A DNA stretch of 64,000 bases, taken from NCBI GenBank assembly GCA_040954595.2, contig CM082576.2:19453028-19517027 (forward strand), given 5' to 3'. Origin of the DNA: Balanoglossus misakiensis (Eukaryota > Animalia > Hemichordata). The notes under the pieces are model-generated. The model was not told the origin of the DNA. It did no database searches and saw only the letters and a list, made by a program, of their open reading frames with translations. Both the position numbers and the translations under genes were made by a program. Below are positions 25,241 to 39,269 of this stretch, in pieces. Every line of letters begins with the position of its first letter. The stretch's first letter is position 1.

Positions 25241-26019
25241 ATTACACTCCCTCCAGCAGCAGTGTTACCAAAGAACCTAATGTAAAAAAAGAATGAAATT
25301 ATTTTAATAATCTGATTAGGTCAAGTCATCATATTGATAAAGAAAACGACAAGAAAAAATCATTTAAAAATTAACGCTGCCAGCACCATTGGTTGGGCCC
25401 AAACGGTTCCCATGGTTACCAGGGTATGCCAAGGCTGTATTCTGCTGTGAATACCAAGATATATGAAAGCTGGTCAAAGGTTACCCCAGGGTCATTGAAA
25501 ATCGCAAAAAATAGCGTCAAGGACACTGTGGTCTCATTTAGTGATTACACTAGAAAAAGTCTACACAGGAGTACAGACAGACAGACACACACATAGAGAG
25601 GCAATAAAATATGATGCCCCCCCCCAGCCCCGAAAACATCTTGATCTTATGTATGCTGGCCTGGTACAATAGACAAACCAGCCAATTAATGAAAATTTTG
25701 TACAAATACAGAGCTCAAAGTTGCATTTTAGTGAGCCCAAAAGCAAATTAACTCAATGTTACGACAAATTTTACTTTTGCCACTCAAAGTTTGCATCGGT
25801 GGGGTGGGATGGCAAGTACTCTTCCCTGATACAATAGACAAACCAGCCAATAAATGAAATGAGGTGAAGAATGAAGGTGAAGAATGAATAACTTTATTTG
25901 ATTCCATTATCTAAACAAACACATCCAATTAACTTCCTACTCAAATTTCAAAGTAATCAGTCATAGGTTTTGTAAATCATCATGAGAAATCACCCTGAAA
26001 CCAAATCAAATCAAAAATC

Positions 26020-26305
26020 ATATAAGCCTAGTCGGGCTCTGCGCTCCAGCTCAAGGAACCAGTTGTGTGTACCAAAGTACAGACTCAAAACATATGGTGG
26101 ATGTGCCTTTTCCCTTGTCGCGCCACAACTTTGGAATTCTCTGCCATCTGACATTCAACAGGCTTCTAGTCTCAACATTTTCAAACAAAAACTCAAGACA
26201 TTTCTATTTGTCAAAGCCTACGAACACTGATGTTATACTTTCAGCGCCTTTGGAAATAACATTGTTATTGATTCTGGCGCTTTGTTTTGATTTGATTTGA
26301 TTTGA
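26020..26305 (+). mobile_element. 5'-truncated L2/CR1-group LINE 3' end
   Basis: YKPSRALRSS...YGGCAFSLVAPQLWNSLPSDIQQASSLNIFKQKLKTFLF, followed by a short UTR and a (TTTGA)n tail. Confidence 0.85.
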
Positions 26306-28137
26306 TCCCCCAAAAATATACTATTCAATTCATCAAGTTGATTTGAAAAACATACATGCAAATCTTACTTGAGCTACCCCTAACATGACTAACAAATTTT
26401 AAAGCAATGAAACAAGCGGTTTTAGAGAAAAAAAATTAATTAAACAAGGCTGAAATTGCTCCAAAATTATCAATATGCAAATTTTGCAACATTTCAACAA
26501 AAGTATTGTAACTCATATCACCTACATGAAGCTTCATACTAAAATTTTTTACCACAAATGAGGAAAAAGGCAAAAAATGCATAAAATAGAACATTCAAAC
26601 TATTAGTTCAAAAAATACAGGATTGTATGTGGTTGACATAAGGTACTTGCATACCAATTGTCAAATCAATCTGTAAATTATCATGAGAACAAACCCTGAA
26701 ACCTTCAAATCAAATTTCAAAGCAGTGGGGGTAAAGGGGGCACAGTACGATATTTTACCCACAACTCTCCATGATTTGTATCATCGAGATTGTCCATTTA
26801 ATTACTTTCTGTTTTAGATACTAACAATGATATGAAGTACATATAACTGTATTAAGATTTATCTAGAAAAAGTATGTTGAGGAATTAGAGTGAAAATTTC
26901 AAAATCAAGATTTAAAAGCCATAGAAATCAAAGTATTCATTCATGTACGTCAAATGTCACACTTAGGAGGAAAGAAGCAATGACTAACTGAGGTGGCCAG
27001 TCTCTGTTGAAAGTTAACATGTAAATTTCCATTGTTCTGTCTATAGAAAAAAATCAATATCGTTTTGTTTGATTAAACAAGTGTTTCAAGTGTCCCTGTT
27101 TTACTTCAAACTTTTTTGTATCGGCTGGCTATGCAATTGCTTATTTTATAAAATTTGTATCTCCTCTTTCAATAATGCATGATTTTGTTTATCATTTGAA
27201 ATGGTAATTGACAATAAGATTCGCCTTTAAAGCATGCTCTCAAAATTTGTATTAGTGGTCTACAATTTTCTCTACACATGTGAACTTTGCCTGGTTTGAC
27301 CGAGTAATCTCTGGTTGTACAAACCAGAGTGATTCATGGGATATTTCACGTACTGTGGGGGGTTCTGAGAAGAGTTTTGACCAAAAATGGCAAAAATCAT
27401 CCCAAAAATATACTATTCAATTCATCAAGTTGATTTGAAAAACATACATGCAAATCTTACTTGGGCTACCCCTAATATGACTAACAAATTTCAAAGCAAT
27501 GTAACAACCGGTTTAAAACAAAAATTCAAAAACGGCCGAAATTGCTCCAAAATTATGAATATGCAAATTTTGCAACATTTTAACAAAAGTATGCTAACTC
27601 ATATCACCTATATGAAGCTTCATACTAAATTTCAAAGAAGTCGTCTCATCAATTTTAGAAAAGTAGATGTTTTACCAAAAATGAGGAAAAAGGCAAAAAA
27701 TGCATAAAAATAGAACATTCAAACTATTCAAAATACAGGACTGTATGTGGTTGACATAAGGTACTTGCATACCAATTGTCAAATCAATCTGACCAGTGGT
27801 TTTGACCAATTTCAAATTTTCCCAGCTAATTTGCATTTATTTAACAATTTCAACTGAATATGGCTGCCAGGTCAAATGACTGATTTGAATTTCAAGGTGC
27901 ACACTCATTGGCAAGGACAACTGTGACAAATTCAAGAAGCATAGGTGTGGCAGGTTTTCAGAGCAAGGTGTAAAAAATATCCAGGGAATGGGGCCCAAGC
28001 TCCTAAAAACCCAGCACAATACCAATAGGGACTCATATTACTAACAAAGTGTAAGCCTGTAATAAGTCAAAAGCTGCACATCTTTTTACCACCTCGTGCC
28101 AGTACTAAGCAATAAGACTTTTTATAGAGTTGTTTAA

Positions 28138-28870
28138 GGTGGCACTGCATGAAACCGTCGAGACTTTTTCAGAGGCCTATTTCTCATCAAAGACAAAGTT
28201 TAAACCCCCATAAACCATATATATTCTGGAAGCTGAGATTTTGAACTTTTGTTTGAGTTGCAAATATTATTGATCCCCGGAAATGGTGGCGATTTTGGGC
28301 GAAAAAAACCATTTTTTGATATTATGTCATGAAATTTAAAATAGGTAAAAAAGTTGACCATGCATCATGCATCTTAATATGTCATTCGAAACTAAAGTAC
28401 ACGTGCAAAAAAACGCTAATTTTGTTTTGCGTTATCTGCTTCCATTGAGGAGTAACAGCGTTTGAAAGTTAGATTTTCTGAAAATTTGATCAAATTCACG
28501 GTGAGTTGTATTGAATCAGAGTTTATTCCCGCCAGGGACACTTTATCGACATACAAAACTAGCGTTTTGTTGGATGGGTCATACACAATTCCCTGTCAAA
28601 ATTTGAGCAAATTCGGCCAATGCAGGGTGAAGCTATTTTAGTCCGAAGTTGTCAAAAGCAGCGAAAATGCAAACCGAGAAAAACGGCCATTTGCATTGTT
28701 GACACCTATTTGTTAAGCTGTGAACTCATTCAGAAAAGTGCTATTTGGGGGTGATTGTGCACCATTTCCGCCAAGACGTATTAGTCAGGATGTGGGTGAG
28801 TATTAGGCCTACCGATTTATGTAAAAAAGTAAAATTTGGCAAAAATCACAACTTTTCATGCAATGCCACC
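28138..28870. mobile_element. Kolobok-type non-autonomous element
   Basis: TTAA on both sides. TIR ggtggcactgcatgaaa / tttcatgcaatgccacc (16/17). Confidence 0.8.
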
Positions 28871-31800
28871 TTAATTGTCTCTGCTGATGCCAGAGATTGA
28901 AAAAGAATCCTACAAGTTAGGATTTTCAGAAACAATGATAGCTATTTCTATTACTGTTTGTAAACAAAAATGTGATGTTCACCGCCTTGTTTTCAGAAAA
29001 GTATTTACATAAATGTTTTTCCATAGAGTTAACACAGACATTGGCAGCCATCTTGAATTTCAAAAACTGCAACAATATCTCCAATGCAACAAATCTGCAA
29101 ATTGTACTATTTGACACCTGACTTAGGTCAAGGGGTTTCAGAGATGATGACTACTCTTCAGACTCAGACAAAATAATAATGCAATATTCAGCGGAATTTC
29201 AAAAGCATTGACTAAGATCACCAAGGGACAATTCATACCAAAGATCAAAACAATTAGACGTACCTATTTTAAAGATCATTATGAAAACTTTACAGATTCG
29301 GTTATAATGTAAATAAAAGTAGATCACCCCTGTGGACATGGCAATCAGACATGCATATTCTGACAAGATTTTTTGTTTGTACAAAAAGGCAACTGTCTCC
29401 AAAATACAAAATTACAGATTATGTCACATACCTCAGGGAGATCAATACTAAATTTCAGAGAAAATTTCCCCCCAAATATGCAAATTTCACCATATTTTGA
29501 AGAAACAACTTGTGTCATACCTAGAAACCTGCATAGTCAAAGTAATCTACGAGCTTAGCTTTTTTCTTCCAAAAACAGCAAAAAACTTGTTCCAAACTAC
29601 AAATATGCAGAATTCAACACAATTTGAACACACATTACTTCGCCACCCCAAGAAACCTGCACACCAATTTTAAAAGCACTTGCGCCAGTGATTTCAGAAA
29701 AGAAAAATGTTGACAGACATAGGATGACTGAACATCTATCTACCTGTCAGATAACTTTTGCAGTGCTGAGAGCAGAGCTAGAGATTGGTGTTGTCTTTTT
29801 ACATTTTAAATCATCACACTTTGCTACTCAAAGCTACTATTCTGCTATGCTTGAGAAATGACTTGGGACCATTTTTGGCAAACAATAGTCACTAATCTTC
29901 CTCAGTTTATAGTACAATGTACCTACACTGTTTTAGTAATGTACTGAAAATGTTCAGACTATTTCTTGTGTCTGCATATGTCTTTAGTACAGAAGAATAA
30001 TCTATCCGGTTGTCATTTCTCTGTTTATTCAGAAATAAACTAGTCTGGGTTGCAACAGTAAAAATTTTAAAATATTCATACCATTTCTGAAGGATGTTCA
30101 AAACCAATACCTATGTGAAGCATTATATCAAATTTGCTGGGTAACTGTGGATTTATAACTTTTGCTAATTACAGTGCTAACTCACACTGGATGATTCGAC
30201 GGTAATTTTAGATTCATATGAAGATTTTTTACCAATAATGTTGAAAAATACAAACAAATGCATCAAAAATAGAAAATCAAAATTAGCTCAAAACATACAG
30301 GACTGTATGAGGTAGGCATAAGGTACTTGCATACCAATTTCCAAATCAATCTGACCAGCAGTTGTTGAATTTTGCGAGTTTTGACCAATTTCACATTTTC
30401 CAGCTAATTTGCATATATTTGGTAATGACATTTTCATGTTAACAAACTCCAATCTACAGCCCAGCCTGCATCTGCACACCAAATATCGAGGTGATATGCA
30501 CAACGGTTTTCAAGTTTTAGATGTGGACGGACATACAGACATACATCCATACAAACAGACAGACATACTGTAAAACACTTTATTTTCGCGAGCAATTAAT
30601 TTTCGCCAAATACGCGAGAGCCAAAATAACGTGAAAATAAAAAGTCGCGTAAATTGTTTTTGAAGATAACGATGCAGTGAATGAAATAAGAGAACGCGAA
30701 AATTAATACTCGCGAAACAGTGGCCTCTCTCGATATCGCGAAAAATTTAACTCGCGAAAATACAGTACATCCATACATAAATACAGACGCAACTGATTCC
30801 ATAAGGCCCATGGTACATACCATATGGGACCTAAAAACTGCAGAAGCTACACAAAACATTAATACTGAAAACATGGCAAACAGTTGTTGCTAACGGGGTT
30901 TTAAATCTCCCTTATAGATATTTTTGAACTCCCAATTTATGATTATTGACTGTTTGATTGATTAGTTGTTGCACAAATGATAGTATTATCAAAGTAAATA
31001 ATATCTGTGAGAAATTTCTTTTCATATTTATTTGAATATGGATAGGGTAAGATGGGGGTTAAACAAAACTACATTTGTTCAAAAGTGGCAAAAACACAAA
31101 TATGCAAAAATCACTATAATTGTACACCATCTTACTTAAATCACTACAAGGAACATTCCTGTCAAAGTTCAAAGCAATCTGACAAGCGCTTTCAGACACA
31201 GCGAATTTGATAACCATCTACAAATATATTTTTATTTTTTAAACAATTCTTTTACAACACCTTACTTGGGTTACCCCCCTAGGAATCTGCATTCTGAGCA
31301 AAAATTACAAAATTGCTCAAAATTATAAATATACCAATTTCACAACAATTTGCAATTTGAACAAAAACTATGGCTTTCAGAAAGGAAGATTTTTCTTTAC
31401 CAATAATGCAGTAAAAGACAAAACAATAAAAATAGAAAATTCATAATATTAGCTCAAAACAAAACATACAGGACTGTATGGCATTTATTGACATTTATAA
31501 GAATATGGACAGGGTATGATAGGGGGGGGGGGAATTATAAATTCCAAGGGGGTCATCAATTTTTTGTCATAGCTTTTTGGGGCCATAGAAAAAATAACCT
31601 AAAAAGTAGGAAATCCTACGTCCCCCTAAGCTTTCATTCTGGCCAACAACTTTTTATGAAGGCTTCTGCAGTTGTTAAAAACAGATTGCCTGCTATGTTA
31701 GACTATCAATCTATAGAGGGGATAAAAAATGTCCTTTTGTCAAGTGTCTGGATTTTGATAACTTCAACAGGTAAAAATATATTTGTAGATGTTTATCAAA

Positions 31801-34052
31801 TTCGCTATGTCTGAAACAGTATGCTTGCAAATGTATTAATATAGTCAGATAATATGAATAGTGAAGATAGCAAAACAAACAGGTTTATGCTTATAGCCAT
31901 AACTTCTATTAGTGATGTACATGTTGTACTTAGCAAATAATTGTTATGATCAACTTGGTTTTTATTGCACAAGATCTTTTTATTGCATCCATGTTTCGTT
32001 TCATTCTGGATAATAGTCTGTCTAAATAAGTTAACAGGCTTGATGAGGGTTATTTTAAACAGTGTTCTCAAAAAACCTGCAATGTCATGCCCTATATTTA
32101 TAAAGTTGAGGAGAGGTTGTATTCCTAGCAGGATGTTGAAATCATTGGAGGACAAACCCTGCCAGTACCAAAAGTTGCTGGGTGTTATAAATGTTTGAGT
32201 AACCCCCCCCCCCCCCTTCCCCAATAACACAATATATACTAAAACATTTTTACAACATCTTACTCAGTTTACCCTTAGGAATATGCCTACCAAATCAATC
32301 TGGCATGCAGTTTTAAAGAAAAAAAAATGACCAAAAGTGGCAAAAATTGCTCAAAATTAAAATATGCAAATTTTTCAACAATTTGAACAAAACTTTGGTT
32401 ACTCAGACAACCATTAGAAGCTTCATACTAAAATTCAAAGAATGAGGCCTATAACTTTAAGAAATGATGATTTCTTTACCAATAATGTGGAATAATACAA
32501 AAAATGCATAAAAGATTTTTGGCATAAAAAATTAAAAATCGATCATATTAGCTCAAAACATACAGGACTGTTTGAGGTAGACATAAGGTACATGCATACT
32601 GATTTTCAAATGAATGTGACCAGTGGTTGTTGAGTTTGAGTTTTGACCAATTTCGCATTTTCCTAGCTAATTTGCATATTTTTGGCAATGACAGCTTCAT
32701 TTGAACAAACTCCAATCTTCAGCCTGGCCTGCATCTACACACCAAATATCGAGGTCATATGCCCAGCGGTTTTCAAGTTTGTGATGTGGACGGACATACA
32801 GACATACATACATACATCCACCGATATCATAAGGTCCCATGGTAAAGCAAATGGGACCTTACAAAACTATGATAACTCAGATCACCTATGAAGCTTCATA
32901 CTAAATTTCAAATAAGTCAGCTGATCAATTCCAGAAAAGCAGATTTTCTACCGATAATGTGGAAAGAGACAAAAAATACATAAAAAATCGAAAATTCACA
33001 TTAGCTCACAACATATAGAACTGTGTGAGGTTAACATAACTTACAGGAATACCAATTTTCAATTTTGAAAGCAATTTGCTCAGTAGTTGTCGAGTTCCCG
33101 AGTTTGGACGAATTTGACACTTTCCCAGCTAATTTGCATATTTTGGCAATGACAACTTCATTTTGACAACTCCCACTTAATGCCCTGCCTGCATCTCCAC
33201 ACTAAATATCAAGGTCACATGCCAGTGGTTTCCAAGTGTTTGATATTGATAGACATACAGACAAACATCCATACAGACATCCATATATACAGGTGCAACT
33301 GATCCCATAAGGTCCCATGGTATAAATACATATACCTGCACCAAATGGGACCTAATAATTCTGATAAAATGCCTACATAGTAAGTTTAAAAACCAATTGT
33401 ACCTTCAACGTCCTTGGACAACAATGGCTAATATTACTTGCCAAGGGCGACTAGAATTTTGGGGGCCTGATGCAATTCTGATACATGTACTTCATGATTT
33501 AGAGATATTGTGAAAATCCTGTCAACCGAATTACAGGGAAATCAGATTTTCCATGTAAAATCATATCACCCAAAAATGTCAAGTGTCGAAAATAATTTTG
33601 AAACAAAAAGTCTACTCAAAATCATACCAAAATTTAAATTTTAAAGCAGTACGTTAGGCAAGCAATTTGAGAATGAAGAAACTTACAAAAAAATTATAAA
33701 TTGAAAATAACTTACAAATGCCGTACACAAACTTACAATCACTACCATATTACTGTACAAGTTAAAAGGACATTGTACCAGCAGAGACATTGCGATCGAG
33801 CAATCCCCAAGATATACATGACATGGTCTAATTACAAATATTGAATATGTAAAATAGGTACACAACACTTCCATTCTTTCAGTACAGTCAGCTGCTTGTT
33901 AACAATAGGCATGTAGCTATTTCATCAAATTTACAGCCCAAGTCATGCCTATACAATTCTCCCTTAAGCTACCCTAAGTGAGTGATGAAAATCTCATATG
34001 GTCGACAATTGATGGCCGATTTTTGCCATGTTAAAGAAATGGGAGTTCATAA

Positions 34053-34846
34053 GGCTGCATTCACAAACACCTCTGGAGAGGGGGGGGGGGGCAGGAGAAT
34101 TGAGCGGGGGGGGGGGGGGATTTGAAAAATTGAAGGTATGTAAGGGGGGATTTGAAATAATTTAGGGACTGAAAGGGGGGACTTGAAAACTTTGACGACT
34201 AAATATTTATTTTGAGTCCACAAAAATGCAGTTTCGCGCCCTTTATTTTACACCCCCTCCCACACCCACCCCCCTCCATTCATCAACACCTTTCAATCAT
34301 TAACTGGTTTATCTAGTGTCCCATGTCAGGGGACTTGCCCCCACCCCATGATAACTTTGAGCGGCGACGGTTAAATTTATCCTCCCCAACATACTGGTAG
34401 TTGAGTTAATTTGCTTTTGCCGGGTTCATAAAAATGCAGCTTTGAGCTCTGTATTTTATAAAATTTTCTTACGTGGGAGGGGGACACCCCTTCCCACACC
34501 CACCCCCTTCAATTCCCGGTTTACAATGTCTCCCAACACAGAATACAAATACTTAAAAAATAAAAACCATGTTCAGTTTTAATACCCACTGATGAGGGGA
34601 AACATCAGTTTCAAAGTCTTTTCATGGGAGCGCTGTTTTTCTTTTTTACAAGATAGATAAGTGATGTGTTTTGCTCTGTGAAAGAAAATGGGGGGGGGGA
34701 TTTTAAAATTTTGGCAGTTCAGAAGGGGGTGGGGGATTTGAAAATATTTCGGGTTGTGTACAGGGGGGGGGGGCATGTGAAAATTAGCAGTAAAAAAATT
34801 GAATTCTCCCCCCCCCCCCCATCCAGAGGTGTTTGTGAATGGAGCC
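34053..34846. mobile_element. PIF/Harbinger-type MITE
   Basis: TIR ggctgcattcacaaacac / gtgtttgtgaatggagcc with TAA duplicated. The paralogous empty site has a single TAA at 41361-41363. Confidence 0.85.
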
Positions 34847-35280
34847 TAAGCTAAAGCTAAAGTGATAATGGGTCATAACAGACAAAATAACAAAATGTGA
34901 AAAACATTTAATGAGTTTAATATGCTAACTACGGAGACAGACATGTTTGACCAAAGCATGAAATACACAAAATGTATCATTTCTTCCACCTCTTACTACA
35001 GTGGGTTGTAGACTTTTCGCCCAGAATGCAATGTGATTTGACCCCCTAGCGCAAAGTGAAAACCTATTTAAGGCAGCCAGAATTTTCTGCATAGTATGAC
35101 GGAAACATTTGTAAAGTCATGGCTAGCGTGGGCTGGTAAGTTTATATGGGGCTCTCCATGATAACCAGTTGTGGCTTAATACCACCACCATAATTTTGAA
35201 AGGGCGACTTCACTATTTGATGGGAAAAGGTAGCCTTTACAAACAAGCTATGGAGCATGTATACAGCAAGTTGTGCTTAC

Positions 35281-35353
35281 CGGAAAGCGGTCTTGGATCA
35301 GGCCTAGGTATTCTCTTCCTCCTCCGGCATACGTTGAAATGCTGTGTTTAAGA
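35281..35353 (-). other. 73-nt mini-exon, type 1 (identical copy at 42017-42089)
   Basis: atttgattcacag| exon |gtaagcac. The only open frame reads LKHSISTYAGGGREYLGLIQDRFP. Confidence 0.5.
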
Positions 35354-36530
35354 CTGTGAATCAAATATATGCTTATCAATTAGTAACCAATCAACCTTGC
35401 TTTAGAATTATTTGGGCCATACTAATTAGTGAAAATATGCAAAACATGGTATAATATAGGGTCAGACTGTGCTGCGATAATGTACGTGGAATACGAATCA
35501 GAGAAATCTGTAACAGCGATCTTGAAACTCCATTTACATCAGTACTGCAGTAAAGTGGTCCACATGGGTATACCACAAACATGGCAGTTAGGTGACAAGT
35601 GAAACTGACATCATATCTGTAAACGACAGGTGTACACACACTTTGACATCTACGTAACACTGTACAATGATTTCTTAATGTTTGTTGTGAAAATGAAACT
35701 TACATTTGATCCACCTCACTTTTCATACAACTGGTTAGCGCAAGAATGTAAATTGTTGGCAATTATAAAACATTTATTTTACTATAGAAAAGTAAGCCTT
35801 TACATTTAAACTTTGAATATCAGTATACTAAAATGTTTCAAACGTGGCTGTCAGTATATCTCATGGCATGGTGGCAGAAGTACATGTTGTTACCAGGGAA
35901 GACACATTGAACATAGACAAGCGCACTAGTCGCTTGGTGATTTTTCATCTAGATTCTCAAAACTTTCTGTGCATTTGGTAGCTTTGAGCAAGTTTCTGGT
36001 ACTGAGCTGAGTTTCGAATTTGGAACTGGGCTGCTTTGGCTTTGATTACCATGGGCCAATATGATCTTATGCACACATTTTTGAAAAAAACTCCAGCCTG
36101 TTTGTGTCGTGATCTATATTTTTCTTTGTGGCCTAAGGTATTGTTTTATTTCACTATAAACAACATTACTTTCCTTCATGTGTCTATATATAATAATAGA
36201 TCTCTTAGCCAGTTTGATGAAGCATAGTGTTGGACTAGCACACTTTCAGCCAAAATTACGGTATCTCCCCGTGTATTGGTATGGGAGTAATTTCTAGCTA
36301 TATGGTTAAGGAAATGCATCCAAATTTAATTTATGCTTCACATGAAGATTTGAACTTGACCATTTAATTCATGTCATCACGATCATATCACAGGCAACCG
36401 AGGCTAGAATTCGAAGGAAAAAAGTATTGATAACTGGAAGGTGTAAATTAGTTCGTAGACATACATTGTTTCCTATTGTTTCGGTTGTGCCACGCCCGAT
36501 AAAAGCAAATATACAGCAAGTCATGCTTAC

Positions 36531-36605
36531 CATTGAGCGGTCTTAAACTCGCCCCAGACGAGGAAGAGAATCCCGAGTTGAAATGCAGACAATTTCAGGC
36601 AGCAT
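36531..36605 (-). CDS. 75-nt mini-exon, type 2, signal-peptide-like (copy at 43017-43091)
   Basis: atttgattcacag| exon |gtaagcat; CCLKLSAFQLGILFLVWGEFKTAQ. Three of the four differences from the second copy are synonymous in this frame. Confidence 0.5.
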
Positions 36606-39269
36606 CTGTGAATCAAATAGATATAGAAGTTAGTAACCAGTCATAGTAGCTCTAAGTTGGGTGTAAAAGTCTAAGTTGGGTGTACTAACTCTCCTTGTTA
36701 ACAGTAACTTTCAAAGAAACTGAGCAATTGGTTAAAAAGATTTGCTATCCAAAAACAAAGAAATTTACAACAAACTACCTAAATATTGACAACCAGAATT
36801 TAATCAAAGTTGCACATACATGTACATGTGTTATGAAATTGTTAACTAACTTCCAAAGCAATCAGGAACCAGATATTAACTGAATATGCTCACGTGCAGT
36901 ACTGTGATTGGTTGACAGAATAACAAGATTAGAAAAACCAGTTTTAAACCATTTTGGTTTATAGTGTATATGGTGTAAGGGTTGTGTGTTGCACCATTGT
37001 GAAATGTAAACATGTTTGTGGAATTGTTGCCTTGTCAATTTTTGTAAGGGGTTATGAGTCATGTACCCCATCCTGAACTGCATAAAAATAATAAGTCTAT
37101 GGAATTCTAAAACTCTTTGATCAAAAATGGCAAGAAATATACCAAAAAGTATGAATATTTCACCAGATTTCAACAAATCTGATTTCTGTTCATGCCTAAG
37201 AACCTCTTTAACAAGTTTCAATAAGGTAGACATTTTGGCAAACAACAGGAAATTCAGACAAATCTGACTGATATCACATATATGAATTCCCATTCAAAGT
37301 TTCCAACCAATTGGACTTGTGGTATTACCGAAGACTATTTGGCCAAACCCTGCAGAAATTCCCAAAAAATACAATTATGCAAATTTCATTACAATTTGAT
37401 CATATCTGACTGAGATCACCCCTAGAAACCCAAATACAAAGTATCAAAACAATTGCACCTACATTTCACAGGATTGGATTTTTTGGCAAAAACAGGAAAT
37501 ATTGCCCAAAAATGCATTTTTGCAAATTTCACCACCGTTTGCACAAATGTGATTCAGGTAAGCCCTATGAACCTCCATACCAAGTTTCCAATCAATTGGA
37601 CATGTAATTTCAGAGAAAATTTTTTTTTAACAAAACTGCAGAAAATTCCCCCAAAAATTCATAAAAAATAGGAAACGCCAGATACTGACTCCACCTGAAC
37701 AAAATCATACGAGGTCTTCCCAAAGTACTTGCACACCAATGCACGCCAATTTTTAACTTAATCTGATCCGCTGTTATTAAGTTTTTCAATTTTGACTATT
37801 TGAACATTTTTCCAGTTAATACCAGTATGCATTTTTTCGCAATAACAATTTCTATGTACACACTAAATATCAGTAGTTTCAAGTTTTTGATGTTGATGGA
37901 CATACACATACATACATCAATACATTAAGACGAAACTGATCCATTCACAAAATACATAATTCTGTATGAGGCACACATACAGACATACATAGCCGACGGA
38001 CACCAACTTATGCTATAAGCTGACATTTATATACATGTTAGCCAAAAACCAAAATCAACCTCAAAATAGACATTAAAATATATTGCACCACCATGAGAAG
38101 ACAAATTCATTTTTTGACAAATTTTCTGGGGCGTCATTGATATAGCATGGCATATTGTCAAAGTACGTAGGCTCTGTGATAAGATTCCATACACACAAAA
38201 TGGTAACCTTGGAAGTCCAGCTGACGTAGTTATGCAATGGCGTCTCGTGTATTCCGTCGCCAAAAAATCATCGTAAACTAATTGATAGTCGGGGTCACAA
38301 TTCAAGACGACTTTCTCTAAATTCTTTATGAATGGATTAAATCGAAATCGAAATGTTGACGTATGACGTACGGAATGAGATCTGAACAGACATTCAATGT
38401 TATCATTCTCGCTCGATCACATATTGGGTAGGCCATCTAGCAATCGCTATATAGTATTGGCGATAACAGACTGTCTATAAACACACAAAACGGATTTTAC
38501 TGTTGAGTGTGATCAACCGCCATGTTATTTTTCTCTGAACAATAGACAAATAGAAAGCCTGGTGACATTTTGAGATTGACTGCGTGAGGACCACAATATG
38601 CGTGAATCATTTACGGTTTGTCTTGATGAATGGGTCACGTCATAGTCATAACGCGGATTCGGCTGCACGCCAACTATCCGCCATATTGTCTCCACTAACT
38701 TACTCGTAAGTAGTTTCAAACTTCATTTGAAAAGAGTATTCGTCTGACGGTCCTGTAGATTAACAATTTACGCTCTATGAAGCAACTAAACAACGTTAGC
38801 TTCCTTGTGGATTCACGTAGGGAAGTTATTCGTAACGACGGGTACAGCGTCTGAGCATGGACAGAACCACGGCAATATCGCCAGGAATGTCTCATTTCAC
38901 AGCGCCCTCAAACAGTCGATCTCCTCAAACTATCGTTTCCACTGGTCATATATGCAGCATTAACGAAAGCTCTCATAGACAACCATGTAATAGAAAAATT
39001 AAAACTTTAATAACTTCATTAATATCAAAGCCACACCCACCAAAACCTTTCCAGTTCTTGCCATATGATATCTGAACCTGTGTACTAAATTTGGTTGAAA
39101 TCGGTTCAGCGGTTCTTGAGATATCGGGTATACAGACAGACACACACATACACAGACATCGCTAAACTATAAGCTCACGTGATTTTTAGGTGAGCTAAAA
39201 ATTGGGTTACCCCTAGGAATATTCCTACCATATTTCAAAGCCATCAAAAAAGCAGTTTCAAAGAAAAAC

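Larger units (their letters stand above)
31070..36650. repeat. Tandem segmental duplication, copy 1 (copy 2 at about 39270-43140)
   Basis: Collinear matches 31070/39270, 32870/40075, 33360/40545, 35281/42017 and 36531/43017, with copy-specific insertions. Confidence 0.85.

Noticed and set aside
26001-26020. 5' inversion of the LINE tail (aaatcaaatc)
   Set aside because: The host repeat has the same caaatcaaat at about 26706, so it is target sequence.
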